A stretch of 64,000 nucleotides of DNA from a virus (taxonomy: Duplodnaviria > Caudoviricetes), in the IMG/VR virus record IMGVR_UViG_2868227546_000002, positions 2,976 to 66,975 of that record; one strand, given 5' to 3'. This document shows positions 17,971 to 28,004 of the stretch, piece after piece; the first letter of the stretch is position 1; every line of letters starts with the position of its first letter. Made by a program: the position numbers and the translations under genes. The notes beneath the pieces are model-generated. The model saw only the letters and a program-made list of their open reading frames with translations, was not told where the DNA came from and searched no databases.

Positions 17971-18732
17971 ATGTTGAGCGTACGTTTAGACGCAGATTAT
18001 GTATATCTAGCAGATGTATCTGACATACACATCGGCAACATTTATCACAACAAAGAAGTCTTTGAAAAATTCATCAAGAGTGTCGCAGAGATTCCAAACA
18101 TGTATGTAATCATTGGTGGTGATTCGACAGACGGAAGTAGCACTACTACCGCAAGTTCTTTATTCGAGGAAAACATACATGGGTCTGAACAAGTGTTGAC
18201 GGCGGTAAAAATGCTAGAGCCTATCAAAGACAGAATATTATTCGTACGTAGTGGAAACCACGGATATGAACGTGCATTAAAGCACGGCAAGATGATTCCC
18301 GAACAGATGTTAGCCTACATGCTTGATAAGCCGTTTTACCACGGATGTGCTAGTGCTTTTATCAATGTACGTGAAAACTGTTATGTTATTGGCACATGGC
18401 ACAACTCTAAAAGACCTAATGCGATGGAATGGCTACAGACGGATATAACATTCTTTGAACATCTACATAAGACAGACTATGAACGCAAGCTAGTGGCACA
18501 GCCTAATAGATATGCTAAATGCTGGACGTTAAAAGAACGTTACGATATTCAAACAGGGTCATTTCTTGGATGGGGAGGCTATAGCGCAGATAAAGGCTAT
18601 AGACCATCCAACAGTGGTACAGCGGTTGTTGAACTAAGCGGTGGACATAACAAGCGAGGTATCAGAGTGTTTGAACACATTGACCATGTTAAAGAGTTAG
18701 TAACACTTAGAAAGCAAATTCAAAAGGAGTAG
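17971..18732 (+). CDS. calcineurin-like metallophosphoesterase
   Basis: SDIHIG, GGDSTD, GNHG, HG, EHLH. Confidence 0.85.
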   Translation: MLSVRLDADYVYLADVSDIHIGNIYHNKEVFEKFIKSVAEIPNMYVIIGGDSTDGSSTTTASSLFEENIHGSEQVLTAVKMLEPIKDRILFVRSGNHGYERALKHGKMIPEQMLAYMLDKPFYHGCASAFINVRENCYVIGTWHNSKRPNAMEWLQTDITFFEHLHKTDYERKLVAQPNRYAKCWTLKERYDIQTGSFLGWGGYSADKGYRPSNSGTAVVELSGGHNKRGIRVFEHIDHVKELVTLRKQIQKE

Positions 18733-18735
18733 CAT

Positions 18736-18924
18736 ATGGGTAGTATACGCAAGGTGAAAACACCAATACAAGCAATCGTTAAGAAATGCATGGAATGTTG
18801 CTGTAGTGTCAAAGAAGAGGTTAGACAATGCGATATGTACGATTGTGCATTATGGGGATTTAGACTTGGCGATGAAGTACCTATTGAGAAACCTAAAGAG
18901 AAAAAGACAAAACATAAGAAATAA
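18736..18924 (+). CDS. small Cys-rich protein
   Basis: AIVKKCMECC...C....CALWGFRLG. Confidence 0.7.
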   Translation: MGSIRKVKTPIQAIVKKCMECCCSVKEEVRQCDMYDCALWGFRLGDEVPIEKPKEKKTKHKK

Positions 18925-18991
18925 CATTCTGAAAACACATCAAGTAAAAATGGTGTGTTTTATTTTTTAGAGATATTTATTCCAAAAAGTA

Positions 18992-19020
18992 TTTACAATA
19001 TTCTGAAAACGTGCTATTAT
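18992..19020 (+). promoter_or_regulatory. sigma70-type promoter following a terminator (~18930-18968)
   Basis: TTTACA-17 bp-TATTAT. Confidence 0.7.
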
Positions 19021-19049
19021 ATAAACAAGAAAGGAGATTTTAGAAACAA

Positions 19050-19355
19050 ATGAGTGAAAAAGACAAATACAAGTCATACAATCGACAGTTTAGAGAAACT
19101 CATTTAAGTATTCCAGAAACAAGAGAGTTGCTAGTAAATGACGGCATTGAAAAGAATGTGAAGAAGATTCAACGGTGTCATAAGTGTGGTAGTATTCCAC
19201 GGGCAGTATATCAACAGTACAGGAATAGAAACGTCAATCGGGTCTATTTAGAGTGTAGGTATCACATGGCAAATAGAACCTATGTATGCTGTAGTTTAGA
19301 TACGGCGTACAAGTGTTGGAAATTTATCAACAGAAGAGGTGAAGATAATGAATAA
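19050..19355 (+). CDS. hypothetical zinc-ribbon protein
   Basis: CHKCGS.P; SD AAAGGAG. Confidence 0.7.
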   Translation: MSEKDKYKSYNRQFRETHLSIPETRELLVNDGIEKNVKKIQRCHKCGSIPRAVYQQYRNRNVNRVYLECRYHMANRTYVCCSLDTAYKCWKFINRRGEDNE

Positions 19356-19593
19356 AGTAGAAAAAGCAGCAAGAGAAATTATGAATCAATTATCAGAAGA
19401 AGAACTGGTCAGCTTTTTGCAACAGGATTACTCATCTTTAATTAAATTCCTAGAGTTGCGAGTAAAGTCAATCAATGAAGATACAGAAACAAAAGATAAA
19501 ACAGATAGGGTAGTTAATGAAGTTATTGCTATGACATTAGAAACATTAAAAGATTTCTTAGTAGATATTAACAGCAAAAAAGGAGAGAAATAA
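19348..19593 (+). CDS. hypothetical protein
   Basis: SD GAGGTG before ATG 19348. Confidence 0.65.
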   Translation: MNKVEKAAREIMNQLSEEELVSFLQQDYSSLIKFLELRVKSINEDTETKDKTDRVVNEVIAMTLETLKDFLVDINSKKGEK

Positions 19594-19631
19594 AAATGTT
19601 ATAAGTTGTTTAAACCAAAGGGAGAAATGGA

Positions 19632-19859
19632 ATGATGAGATTCAGTAATAGAACGTCAACAGTTGGATATGCGCTTGCTTTCATAGTAGGTGGATTGTTG
19701 GCAGAAAATAATTTAAACTCAGTAAACGCATCCACATTATGGTGGATGTTTGGAATCGGAGCGTTGTGGTTATGGTTAGTATTTAGTGATATTAAACACC
19801 GAATCCAACGTTTGGAAAAGGAAAATAGACAATATAGGGAGGTATATCATCATGTTTGA
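19632..19859 (+). CDS. two-TM membrane protein with coiled-coil tail
   Basis: Two hydrophobic segments. Confidence 0.7.
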   Translation: MMRFSNRTSTVGYALAFIVGGLLAENNLNSVNASTLWWMFGIGALWLWLVFSDIKHRIQRLEKENRQYREVYHHV

Positions 19860-20064
19860 TACAGACTTAGTTATGAGTGTGGGAAGAACGATAGGCGAAC
19901 TTAGTGATGAAAGTAGCGAGTTACTTGGATTCCTTGATAAAGTTGCAAGCAACACAGACTTTAAAAGTAAAACACGTGACGACATCGGTAAAGAAGTTAA
20001 ATCCATCGAAACATCACTAGCCAACATTACACAGATTTTGGCTTTAGAGTTAAAAGGAGAATAA
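19852..20064 (+). CDS. hypothetical coiled-coil protein
   Basis: SD GGGAGG before ATG 19852. Confidence 0.65.
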   Translation: MFDTDLVMSVGRTIGELSDESSELLGFLDKVASNTDFKSKTRDDIGKEVKSIETSLANITQILALELKGE

Positions 20065-20066
20065 GC

Positions 20067-20510
20067 ATGAAAGAAAGAACACGTGGATTTGAATCCATCA
20101 AAGGGTATACAGCCGTATTACCTACACGAAAAACTAAAGGCAGTGCAGGGTATGACATCTCAGTACCACAACGCACGGTACTACCAGCTGGTAAGCTAAC
20201 TGTAGTAGGAACTGGATTAAAAGCCTACATGTTAGACGATGAGTATTTAGCCGTACATATTCGCTCCAGCATGGCAATCAAACGTGATGTCATCATGGTG
20301 AATGCCACAGGAATTATCGACAGCGATTACTATGAGAATGTAGATAATGACGGTCACATTCAGTTGCCACTACTTAATCTTGATACTAAAGATATTATCT
20401 TAGAAAAAGGCGAACGAGTAGCACAGGGAATTTTCATGAAATACTTACTCACAGATGATGATAATTCCACAGATACACGTAACGGTGGGATTGGGTCTAC
20501 GGGTAAATAG
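20067..20510 (+). CDS. dut: trimeric dUTPase
   Basis: AGYDI, RSS, GIIDSDY, GERVAQ, RNGGIGSTG. Confidence 0.95.
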   Translation: MKERTRGFESIKGYTAVLPTRKTKGSAGYDISVPQRTVLPAGKLTVVGTGLKAYMLDDEYLAVHIRSSMAIKRDVIMVNATGIIDSDYYENVDNDGHIQLPLLNLDTKDIILEKGERVAQGIFMKYLLTDDDNSTDTRNGGIGSTGK

Positions 20511-20512
20511 CA

Positions 20513-20857
20513 ATGGATAAAATATACATAGTATATCACCATGATGTGGATTCTCTAATTTCATACGATAGATACGTATATTCGGTGCATAATAATCTAG
20601 TTGATAGCTTGCGTTCGATTGCTAGAGCGTATGAACAGTTAGATAAAAACCAAAAAGAGTATGAAGAGTTATTGCGAACTGGTGCTCCAAATGATGACAA
20701 AGAGTTTTACGAAATCGAGGATAAACTCAGCTGGTTGTTAAGTCGTACGAAGGCATACAACAGATATTCACTAGAGGAAGTGGCTTTAGATGAAGAAACT
20801 GGAGAGGTAATCAGTACTTGTATGCTAGATAACAAAACAGGCAAGAGAATCTTTTAA
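20513..20857 (+). CDS. hypothetical protein
   Basis: Co-oriented, tightly packed ORF. Confidence 0.7.
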   Translation: MDKIYIVYHHDVDSLISYDRYVYSVHNNLVDSLRSIARAYEQLDKNQKEYEELLRTGAPNDDKEFYEIEDKLSWLLSRTKAYNRYSLEEVALDEETGEVISTCMLDNKTGKRIF

Positions 20858-20866
20858 AAGGAATAG

Positions 20867-21340
20867 GTGGAAATGGTCAAATATCTGAATAAAGCAAATA
20901 AAACGAATTTGTTGATATTGTGCTTGATGGCTTCAGAAGCACAACATATAGGTCAAGCCTTGCAACTAGAAGGGCAACTTAAACGCAAGGCAACAACAAT
21001 AAGTACATACGCACAGAATCTCTTTCAAGAGATAATGGAATGTCTTGACGATAGTCAAAAGAAACAGATGTTAAGGCTTATTAGAGATAACACAATAGAG
21101 GTAGTGCCTACTAATGTGTTTACTAAACGAGAAAGACAGGATGAGGAAGATTCTTGGGTGACAATACTAGCACAAAAAGCCTTTGAATCAAACTGTATCA
21201 AGTGTCGATTGAAAGACCATAATGCATGCAGTCTAAAAGACGCAATGATACATATGGGGATAGATATGGTGCATGAGAATACAGACGATTGTCCGTATCG
21301 TGTACAGTTCGATGAACAGGGGAATTTTATCCATGACTGA
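20867..21340 (+). CDS. hypothetical protein with C-terminal Cys cluster
   Basis: C..C....C...DCPY. Confidence 0.7.
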   Translation: MEMVKYLNKANKTNLLILCLMASEAQHIGQALQLEGQLKRKATTISTYAQNLFQEIMECLDDSQKKQMLRLIRDNTIEVVPTNVFTKRERQDEEDSWVTILAQKAFESNCIKCRLKDHNACSLKDAMIHMGIDMVHENTDDCPYRVQFDEQGNFIHD

Positions 21341-21737
21341 TTTCTTTAGCAGATATAACAAACAGGTAAAAGATGACCTTGCGATTATCGATATCGCAAT
21401 TACAAACGTATATAAAGAAATGAAAAAAGCCAAACAGCATGCACTGGAGAATGGTATCGATGTGAAACCGTTTGATAGACTTCTTTCAGTGTACCATGCA
21501 ATAGATAGAACTCATGCACATATCTATACGGCGTTACAGCAATTCAAGCTAGACATTAGAACAATTCTAGTGAAAGTCTTTGACATGTATATATACGTTG
21601 ATACGTTATATCATTGGTACAAACTAAGTGGGTATAGCCAGCTTGAGCAAGAAATCTATAACTTATATGTGCTAAGTAAACATCTATATGATTGGACATT
21701 TAGAAAACATCAAGCGATTAACGCAGGAGGAGTATGA
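21333..21737 (+). CDS. hypothetical helical protein
   Basis: SD GGGG before ATG 21333. Confidence 0.65.
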   Translation: MTDFFSRYNKQVKDDLAIIDIAITNVYKEMKKAKQHALENGIDVKPFDRLLSVYHAIDRTHAHIYTALQQFKLDIRTILVKVFDMYIYVDTLYHWYKLSGYSQLEQEIYNLYVLSKHLYDWTFRKHQAINAGGV

Positions 21738-22540
21738 ATCCATTGATAAATTACCGTGGTGGTAAAAAGCTGGAGATTAAATATTTCAAGCATTACATAC
21801 CAGCGGAATATAACAGATATATAGAACCCTTTATTGGTGGCGGTGCGGTATATTTTCACTTAGAGCCACTAGGCAGAGCAATAATCAACGATGTAAATAA
21901 ACATCTGATTAATTACTATAGAGGTATCGTTACAGACGGCAACAGGGTGATAGAAGAACTTAAAGAATTAAAGTCTACTATTGGTAACATGAAAGATGTA
22001 GACCGTGAACGTAAACTCTTTAATGAACTAAGAGATTGTTACAACGGATTAAAAGACAGTAAGTATCACGAATCTACGTTATATCACTTTTTGAATAAAC
22101 TAAGCCATGGGTCAAGGTTCAGTGTCAACAGTCAAGGACATTATAACAACTCATATGTAGGTAGACCTAACCTACCAGTGACGGTTACAGAAAAACATGT
22201 TGAGTTACTAAAGAATACACAGATATGTAATACAGACTACAAAGAAATCATGAACATGGCAACAGAAGATGACTTTATCTTTTTAGACCCTCCATATGAT
22301 TGTGCATACACTTGTTATGGTAACAAAGGAAATCCATTCAAAGAACAAGAGCATGTAGAATTATGTGGGATGTTTAAACAGTCTAAAGCTAAAATCTTAA
22401 TGATATTAAATGCCACAGACTTTACAAGGCGGTTGTACAACGAATATATCGTTGATGAGTATTCTAAACGATATGCAATGCACATAACTGATAAGCCAAA
22501 TTCACCACCAGCTAAACATCTCATTATTAAAAACTACTAG
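21734..22540 (+). CDS. dam: DNA adenine methyltransferase, Dam/D12 class
   Basis: YRGGK, YIEPFIGGGAVY, IINDVN, FLDPPY. Confidence 0.92.
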   Translation: MNPLINYRGGKKLEIKYFKHYIPAEYNRYIEPFIGGGAVYFHLEPLGRAIINDVNKHLINYYRGIVTDGNRVIEELKELKSTIGNMKDVDRERKLFNELRDCYNGLKDSKYHESTLYHFLNKLSHGSRFSVNSQGHYNNSYVGRPNLPVTVTEKHVELLKNTQICNTDYKEIMNMATEDDFIFLDPPYDCAYTCYGNKGNPFKEQEHVELCGMFKQSKAKILMILNATDFTRRLYNEYIVDEYSKRYAMHITDKPNSPPAKHLIIKNY

Positions 22541-22547
22541 GAGTGCT

Positions 22548-22922
22548 ATGGACACAATACGAATGAATACTATAATCTTCTATACGGTGATTAAAATCGT
22601 TAATGCTATCAAGATATTAAAAACAGCGAATATCGAAAAGATAGATAACGATAAGTTTAAAAACAAAATGTACTGTATATATGTGAGTGGTGCTTTAGAG
22701 AGTATTCTAAGAACATTGTCGCAAGTCAAAACTAGCAAGAATAAACTACAGACTTTAGGCAAGGCGTGGAAAAAGCTAGAGATTCTTAAACAGTCTATAA
22801 TCTATAGGTATAAATATTTTGACGAACTTGGGGTAGATGGACTTGAGGTTAGACATTTGATAGAAAACTCAGAGATAAGCCTATCGGCATATCTACTGAA
22901 AGAAACAGAGGTGAAACAATGA
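22548..22922 (+). CDS. helical paralogue family B protein
   Basis: ELGVDG.EV motif shared with 22919 and 23546. Confidence 0.7.
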   Translation: MDTIRMNTIIFYTVIKIVNAIKILKTANIEKIDNDKFKNKMYCIYVSGALESILRTLSQVKTSKNKLQTLGKAWKKLEILKQSIIYRYKYFDELGVDGLEVRHLIENSEISLSAYLLKETEVKQ

Positions 22923-23503
22923 CAGACAATGAAACAAGAGAAATTAAACGGTGCTATGGAAATGTGGAAAACCAAATCGATGAGATTCTAGCAACGATTG
23001 ATACTATTGACCGTAACGAAATCAAGGCAAGACTAAAGAATGCGGCGCTAGATATTAAGAAAATCGGTTATTGTCTTTATGGATGGGATGACGAAAAGAC
23101 AAAAATCATCCAATACGATGAAAAGCTGGAAGAGATTTTTAATTATGTAGACAGCAAGCTGGTAAATGCATATTGTTATTTTATTGAGGATAATGAACTA
23201 ACAGAAAATGACAGTGTGATGTTTTACCCTAAATGTACTGCATTGGCGATTTTCAACATGCTGACAGAAGCAGAGGAATGCGTAAGAGAATATACGTGCA
23301 TGGAATACGGTCGAATTGTTAGACTAAGGCATGTTGGGTCGCTTGTTAGTAGACTGATTGTTATTGAGGACGTTGTTGAAACTCACAAAAAGGTATTACT
23401 GGAGCTTGGTGTCAACGGTGAAGCGGTTCTATGTGAACTACGTGGAGCGATTTTAAAACTACAGCATTTTTTATGGAAACATATTCCACCTATTAAACAG
23501 TAA
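22919..23503 (+). CDS. helical paralogue family B protein
   Basis: VRLRHVGSLVSRLIVIE...ELGVNGEAVL...LQHFL. Confidence 0.75.
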   Translation: MTDNETREIKRCYGNVENQIDEILATIDTIDRNEIKARLKNAALDIKKIGYCLYGWDDEKTKIIQYDEKLEEIFNYVDSKLVNAYCYFIEDNELTENDSVMFYPKCTALAIFNMLTEAEECVREYTCMEYGRIVRLRHVGSLVSRLIVIEDVVETHKKVLLELGVNGEAVLCELRGAILKLQHFLWKHIPPIKQ

Positions 23504-23545
23504 GGAGTAGTCAATTAACTGTAACTGAAAGGAGAACTATTAGAC

Positions 23546-23986
23546 ATGGAAACAACTGAAAAATATAAAGTATCCATTAACGGTATGATTTCTATTCAAT
23601 GGTCAGATGAAGTTGGGAGGTTGCTAGAGGCGGTAAAAGAGCATTTATCAACAGCACGTTGGCGATTTATCTCAAACAATGTATTCATTGGTTCTGATAA
23701 AGAGTTTTTTCAACAGAATTGTGTGACTTTGGCAATCTATTATATGTTGTTCGAAATCGATACCAATGTAGGCGATTATAAACATGAATGCCACAAAGCA
23801 TACGTTAAATTAAGAAGTATTGGTACTTTTGCAACACGATTAATCATTCTCGAAAATTCTGTAGAAGAGTACTGTAGAGAACTTAACGCATTAAATATTG
23901 ACAGCGAGAAAGTTCTAAGCGACCTGCACAAAGCGATTTCACTATTACAAAAGTTTTTACACGAGCAAAATCTATCCGTTAGATAA
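23546..23986 (+). CDS. helical paralogue family B protein
   Basis: VKLRSIGTFATRLIILE...LNIDSEKVL...LQKFL. Confidence 0.75.
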   Translation: METTEKYKVSINGMISIQWSDEVGRLLEAVKEHLSTARWRFISNNVFIGSDKEFFQQNCVTLAIYYMLFEIDTNVGDYKHECHKAYVKLRSIGTFATRLIILENSVEEYCRELNALNIDSEKVLSDLHKAISLLQKFLHEQNLSVR

Positions 23987-24000
23987 CAGGAGCAATACAG

Positions 24001-24435
24001 ATGAAAAACACAACGTTTGAACAGTTGGTAAACACGTTACAACAACAAACGTGTAAGCTAAAGAAAATCGTAGTCGATGATGTCTCTTTAGACAATAAAC
24101 GGTTATCTATCTACGGTAGTTCTATCTACATGTATATTGCAATGATTACAGACATTATAAATGTATATGTAGATGAACTACAGAAAGAAACTGCAGGATG
24201 TGGCGATAGTGTCAAAATGGTAGACGCAGCAACGGTAACAGCCGTATGCTTGCTACTATTGAATATCAAGCAGAAAATGGATATGGATATTAAACCGTTT
24301 GAAGAACTACCGCTTAATCTATCGGAATTTAAAGCTGTAGTTGAGTACATGCTGGACAGTATTGAATGTTGTATCGGTAGGAAAGCAGTGCAAGAACAAA
24401 ATCTAAAGTATTCTAAACCTACTGTAATTCACTAA
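24001..24435 (+). CDS. helical hypothetical protein
   Basis: SD AGGAG. Confidence 0.7.
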   Translation: MKNTTFEQLVNTLQQQTCKLKKIVVDDVSLDNKRLSIYGSSIYMYIAMITDIINVYVDELQKETAGCGDSVKMVDAATVTAVCLLLLNIKQKMDMDIKPFEELPLNLSEFKAVVEYMLDSIECCIGRKAVQEQNLKYSKPTVIH

Positions 24436-24446
24436 GGAGAACAAAA

Positions 24447-24854
24447 ATGAAACTAACAAGCGATTCTTTCAAGGGAAATATTTGCATGATATCTCATATA
24501 GCATGCGAACTTGAGAATGTTGCTATGTATAGCACTGTAGATGAATCTAAAGATAATGAATGCAATGCAAAATCATTAAAGTGTACAATGCATTCGATGG
24601 CAAACATGTTACAGTCGCATGGAATGAACTTAACGGTCAATATCAAGACAAAACGGAGTAAGCCAAAACGTGAAGATATTATTCTGTTAAAATCCATGCG
24701 AATGCTAGCCAAAAGTATTGAGGACTTGATGATGAGAAACATGGAGTTAGTCACAATGATTAATTTTGACAGAGTGGAATACATGCAAAAACTGACGTTC
24801 TTAATCGACATGATAAAAGAACTAGAGGATAAATACGGTGATATTCATGAATAA
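24447..24854 (+). CDS. helical hypothetical protein
   Basis: SD AAGGAG. Confidence 0.7.
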   Translation: MKLTSDSFKGNICMISHIACELENVAMYSTVDESKDNECNAKSLKCTMHSMANMLQSHGMNLTVNIKTKRSKPKREDIILLKSMRMLAKSIEDLMMRNMELVTMINFDRVEYMQKLTFLIDMIKELEDKYGDIHE

Positions 24855-25242
24855 ATCGTTTGAGATATTGGTAAATTATATACATCTTAAATTAGATTTA
24901 ATCGAACATGAGTTAGAGAAATCAGAGTATCTACAGGTAAGTCGCGCACCACGCAATATAATAATGCTAGTTGTGCTCTTAGTTATGCATATTAAACGGT
25001 GCAAGGCAAATCCTATATTTGATAAATTAAGTGACCTTTGTGAAGATGAAGTGTTATCTAATCTATGTGCTATATATGATTCATCTTACAGAATGGAAAA
25101 TGCATATTATGAGCGTATCGGACAGATTGATTGTGAAGGAGATAGTGCATGCAATATCTATGAGTTACTGAGCGATATTACTTCTGATATATTACATTTC
25201 CTACAAACAAAACATGTAGGATTCCGTCAAAGAGTGGAATAA
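24847..25242 (+). CDS. helical hypothetical protein
   Basis: Overlaps the previous stop. Confidence 0.7.
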   Translation: MNKSFEILVNYIHLKLDLIEHELEKSEYLQVSRAPRNIIMLVVLLVMHIKRCKANPIFDKLSDLCEDEVLSNLCAIYDSSYRMENAYYERIGQIDCEGDSACNIYELLSDITSDILHFLQTKHVGFRQRVE

Positions 25243-25272
25243 ACTGTAGTTATTTATTAGGGGGTAAGCACG

Positions 25273-25506
25273 ATGAAATGTTTAGCTATGTGTAAAAGTT
25301 CGCCATGCATGGGTTGCGAACATAGAAGTATTGGATGTCATGATAAGTGTTCTAAGTACGGCGAATACAAAGCTATATTATATAAAGAATCACAAGAACG
25401 TATCGAACGTGTTAGAACATGGTATCCTAACAAGTCAGAAGCGTCAATTTGTGGACATAGAAATACATTTCATTCAAGACGTAGAGAGGTGGTGGCTACT
25501 CTATGA
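25273..25506 (+). CDS. small Cys-rich protein
   Basis: PC.GCE.R..GCHDKC..Y. Confidence 0.75.
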   Translation: MKCLAMCKSSPCMGCEHRSIGCHDKCSKYGEYKAILYKESQERIERVRTWYPNKSEASICGHRNTFHSRRREVVATL

Positions 25507-25667
25507 ATAGATTTCTTATCGGGGTAATGGTATCAATGCTACTGATTGCAATCACAGGCACAGTATTCACAGGTACAGACCGTCAATAGTGTCTAATGTT
25601 TATTGGATTTGTGATGTTTACTTGGGGCATTGCAGAAAGTTTATTATCAAGCAAGGAGAAATCATGA
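25503..25667 (+). pseudogene. two-TM membrane paralogue interrupted by an in-frame TAG (25587-25589)
   Basis: MNRFLIGVMVSMLLIAITGTVFTGTDRQ*CLMFIGFVMFTWGIAESLL aligns with the 25841 ORF (TACLLFLAGCIVILAIAESF). Confidence 0.65.
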
Positions 25668-25837
25668 ATAGTTTTTCAACAAAATACATTATTTCAATTA
25701 TTATACTCACTATACTTATTATCGTATTTAGAGACCCAGAGATTGCAGAAATCTTACGAAATTTATTAGGCTGTATTATCTTACTAGCTTTTGTAGAAAC
25801 AATGAATATTCTTTTAAACAAAGCAAAGGGAGATTAA
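25664..25837 (+). CDS. two-TM membrane protein (paralogue of 25841)
   Basis: SD AAGGAG, MNSFSTKYIISII. Confidence 0.75.
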   Translation: MNSFSTKYIISIIILTILIIVFRDPEIAEILRNLLGCIILLAFVETMNILLNKAKGD

Positions 25838-25840
25838 ATT

Positions 25841-26077
25841 GTGAATAGTTTTACCTTAAAGTATATAATCTCCATATTGGTCATTGGTGTTATTATGTTG
25901 TTTACTGACAATATAAAGACAGCATGTTTACTATTTCTTGCGGGGTGTATTGTTATATTAGCAATTGCAGAATCATTTACGGTTGATTGGGAAGAAACAA
26001 AAAAGGTGAAGAAGAATGAAACAACATATAAAAAGGTGGATGTATCTGTACATGTTTTACCTAGTCGCAATTCCTAA
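25841..26077 (+). CDS. two-TM membrane protein
   Basis: MNSFTLKYIISIL. Confidence 0.75.
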   Translation: MNSFTLKYIISILVIGVIMLFTDNIKTACLLFLAGCIVILAIAESFTVDWEETKKVKKNETTYKKVDVSVHVLPSRNS

Positions 26078-26197
26078 CTTCTTTGTTACTAATAGTGTAA
26101 TCAAATTAGGTTTAATAGGTATTATGATTTTTCTATTGATTATGTTCTATCGGTCAACGGTAGATAGAATCTATAGAAAAAGATAGGAGGAATCATA

Positions 26198-26551
26198 TTG
26201 TTATCAGAATATGGAAAGACCTTGCGGAAAATACGCATAGATAAGGGCTTGACGATGGCACAAATGGCAAAAGCCGTTGGCATTACATCGGCATATTTGT
26301 CAACGATAGAACGAGGTAATCGAAAAATTCCAAAGAACCTAACTCAAAATATTATCGGTCATTATGAGTTATCCAATGAACAAGTTGCAGAATTACAAAA
26401 AGCAGAACTTCAAAGTATGGATAGTCTTGAGATTGAATTATCAGCTGTTAGCCTACATAAAAAGACTTTGGTGTTGTCGCTTGCAAAGAATCTAAAGAAT
26501 ATGACATACGAACAAGTCGCAAGGATTAAAAGCATTATGGAGGAAAACTAA
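26198..26551 (+). CDS. XRE-family HTH transcriptional regulator
   Basis: LRKIRIDKGLTMAQMAKAVGITSAYLSTIERGNRK. Confidence 0.92.
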   Translation: MLSEYGKTLRKIRIDKGLTMAQMAKAVGITSAYLSTIERGNRKIPKNLTQNIIGHYELSNEQVAELQKAELQSMDSLEIELSAVSLHKKTLVLSLAKNLKNMTYEQVARIKSIMEEN

Positions 26552-26721
26552 TGGATATACATATGTGGGTATCAATCGTGAATGTGCTGCTAGCTTTCAC
26601 AGTAGGTGCATTAATGGCGAGGGATACAGACTTGCCTATATGGATTTTGAGTTTAGTGTATTTTGTAGTAACAACATTAGTACATGTAGTTGGACTTTAC
26701 ATCTTTAGTATAAAACCGTGA
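26551..26721 (+). CDS. small two-TM membrane protein (56 aa, not in ORF track)
   Basis: SD GGAGG, TAATG overlap with the XRE stop, hydrophobic. Confidence 0.65.
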   Translation: MDIHMWVSIVNVLLAFTVGALMARDTDLPIWILSLVYFVVTTLVHVVGLYIFSIKP

Positions 26722-26775
26722 GATACTTTCTTGCTTTAAAATCTATAGGATAAGGCATAGAAGAATAGGAGAATT

Positions 26776-27201
26776 ATGGCTAAAGAATTAAGCGACATTA
26801 GGTATAGTCTATCAAGAGTGTTAGATAAAGTTTCAACGTTGTTTTATATATCTAAATTAAAAGGCAATCTATTAATGAGTGAATTGCTAGACAATAGTAG
26901 GTTGATGTTGTTCCAATCTACCTATAGCAATCCACTTAATTCTTGCTCAAGTGAGATTTGCAATAGTAGTAATATTTTTGAATTAGACGGCGAATATCTG
27001 TTGGTTTGGGGTAGAGCAAAAACAGCGCTTATCGTTATCAATCATATTACGCAGAGTTGTCAAGACAGTAAGTACATTGATGAGATTAAAGAAGTCGAAG
27101 AAGAATTATCTTTAATTGTTGATGAAATGGAAGATTTTATCCGTTTGGTAATCGTTGATATTGACAGTATTGAAGAATCGGAGTTAAATGTGATATCATG
27201 A
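26776..27201 (+). CDS. helical hypothetical protein
   Basis: SD AGGAG. Confidence 0.7.
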   Translation: MAKELSDIRYSLSRVLDKVSTLFYISKLKGNLLMSELLDNSRLMLFQSTYSNPLNSCSSEICNSSNIFELDGEYLLVWGRAKTALIVINHITQSCQDSKYIDEIKEVEEELSLIVDEMEDFIRLVIVDIDSIEESELNVIS

Positions 27202-27551
27202 CAGAAAAAGAACTTGTTGAATACATTCAACATAGACTTGACGAGATAATTGACGTTATTGAGCGTGCAATTGAAAATGGAGATGGTGACTTTGAAACAA
27301 ATTGTCTCTATAAGTATCTAATCATGCAATGCAATAGCACAAAGAGTTTTGTCGGAATTGCGTCAACGAGACCGTGGCGTAAAAAAGATTTATGCAGAAT
27401 ATATCATTTAATTTACAACTCTATGCTATCTATTGATTTGCTTTTTGAGTACGAAAAAGATAATTTTGGATACTACGAGTACACAGACTTGGATGAATTG
27501 TTGACAGATTGCATGCAAACGTTAAGCGGTCAAATGTTATTAACACAATAA
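27198..27551 (+). CDS. helical hypothetical protein (resembles 27573)
   Basis: I.HRL.E..DV...L.Y.I..C. Confidence 0.7.
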   Translation: MTEKELVEYIQHRLDEIIDVIERAIENGDGDFETNCLYKYLIMQCNSTKSFVGIASTRPWRKKDLCRIYHLIYNSMLSIDLLFEYEKDNFGYYEYTDLDELLTDCMQTLSGQMLLTQ

Positions 27552-27572
27552 AATCTCTTAAATAGATAGAAA

Positions 27573-27950
27573 GTGGGTGAAACAATGACAAAAGAATGGA
27601 AACTTAGGGTGATATATCACAGGTTGACAGAAACAGTTGATATTTTTAGATACAATCAAAAATCATATAAAGGCGAGGGAATAGAGTCAATATGTGCATT
27701 AAGATATGCTATTACAGTATGTAAAGTTGTGAAATCAATTGTTGATGAGATACAGAATAAGAATAAGCAAGGGAAAGAACTTGTCGAACTTTTGTATTTA
27801 TCAAAATTTATTCTACACGGGATTAATGAGACAAGTTATTACGTACCGTATAGATTAGAAACTGGAGACTATTCAATAGTTAAAGAGAATTTTGAAGTGT
27901 GCATTGATGCGCTAGATAGATTAATTAAATCTTATGAAGAATGCGACTGA
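27573..27950 (+). CDS. helical hypothetical protein
   Basis: IYHRLTETVDI...LRYAITVC. Confidence 0.7.
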   Translation: MGETMTKEWKLRVIYHRLTETVDIFRYNQKSYKGEGIESICALRYAITVCKVVKSIVDEIQNKNKQGKELVELLYLSKFILHGINETSYYVPYRLETGDYSIVKENFEVCIDALDRLIKSYEECD

Positions 27951-28004
27951 CAATAAGTAGCCGTGTGATATATTCATGTGGCTATTATTTTTATAAATAA
28001 TGTA

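Noticed and set aside
25587-25589. Genome-wide TAG reassignment
   Set aside because: Many genes end at TAG directly before the next SD, and long genes are open in the standard code.
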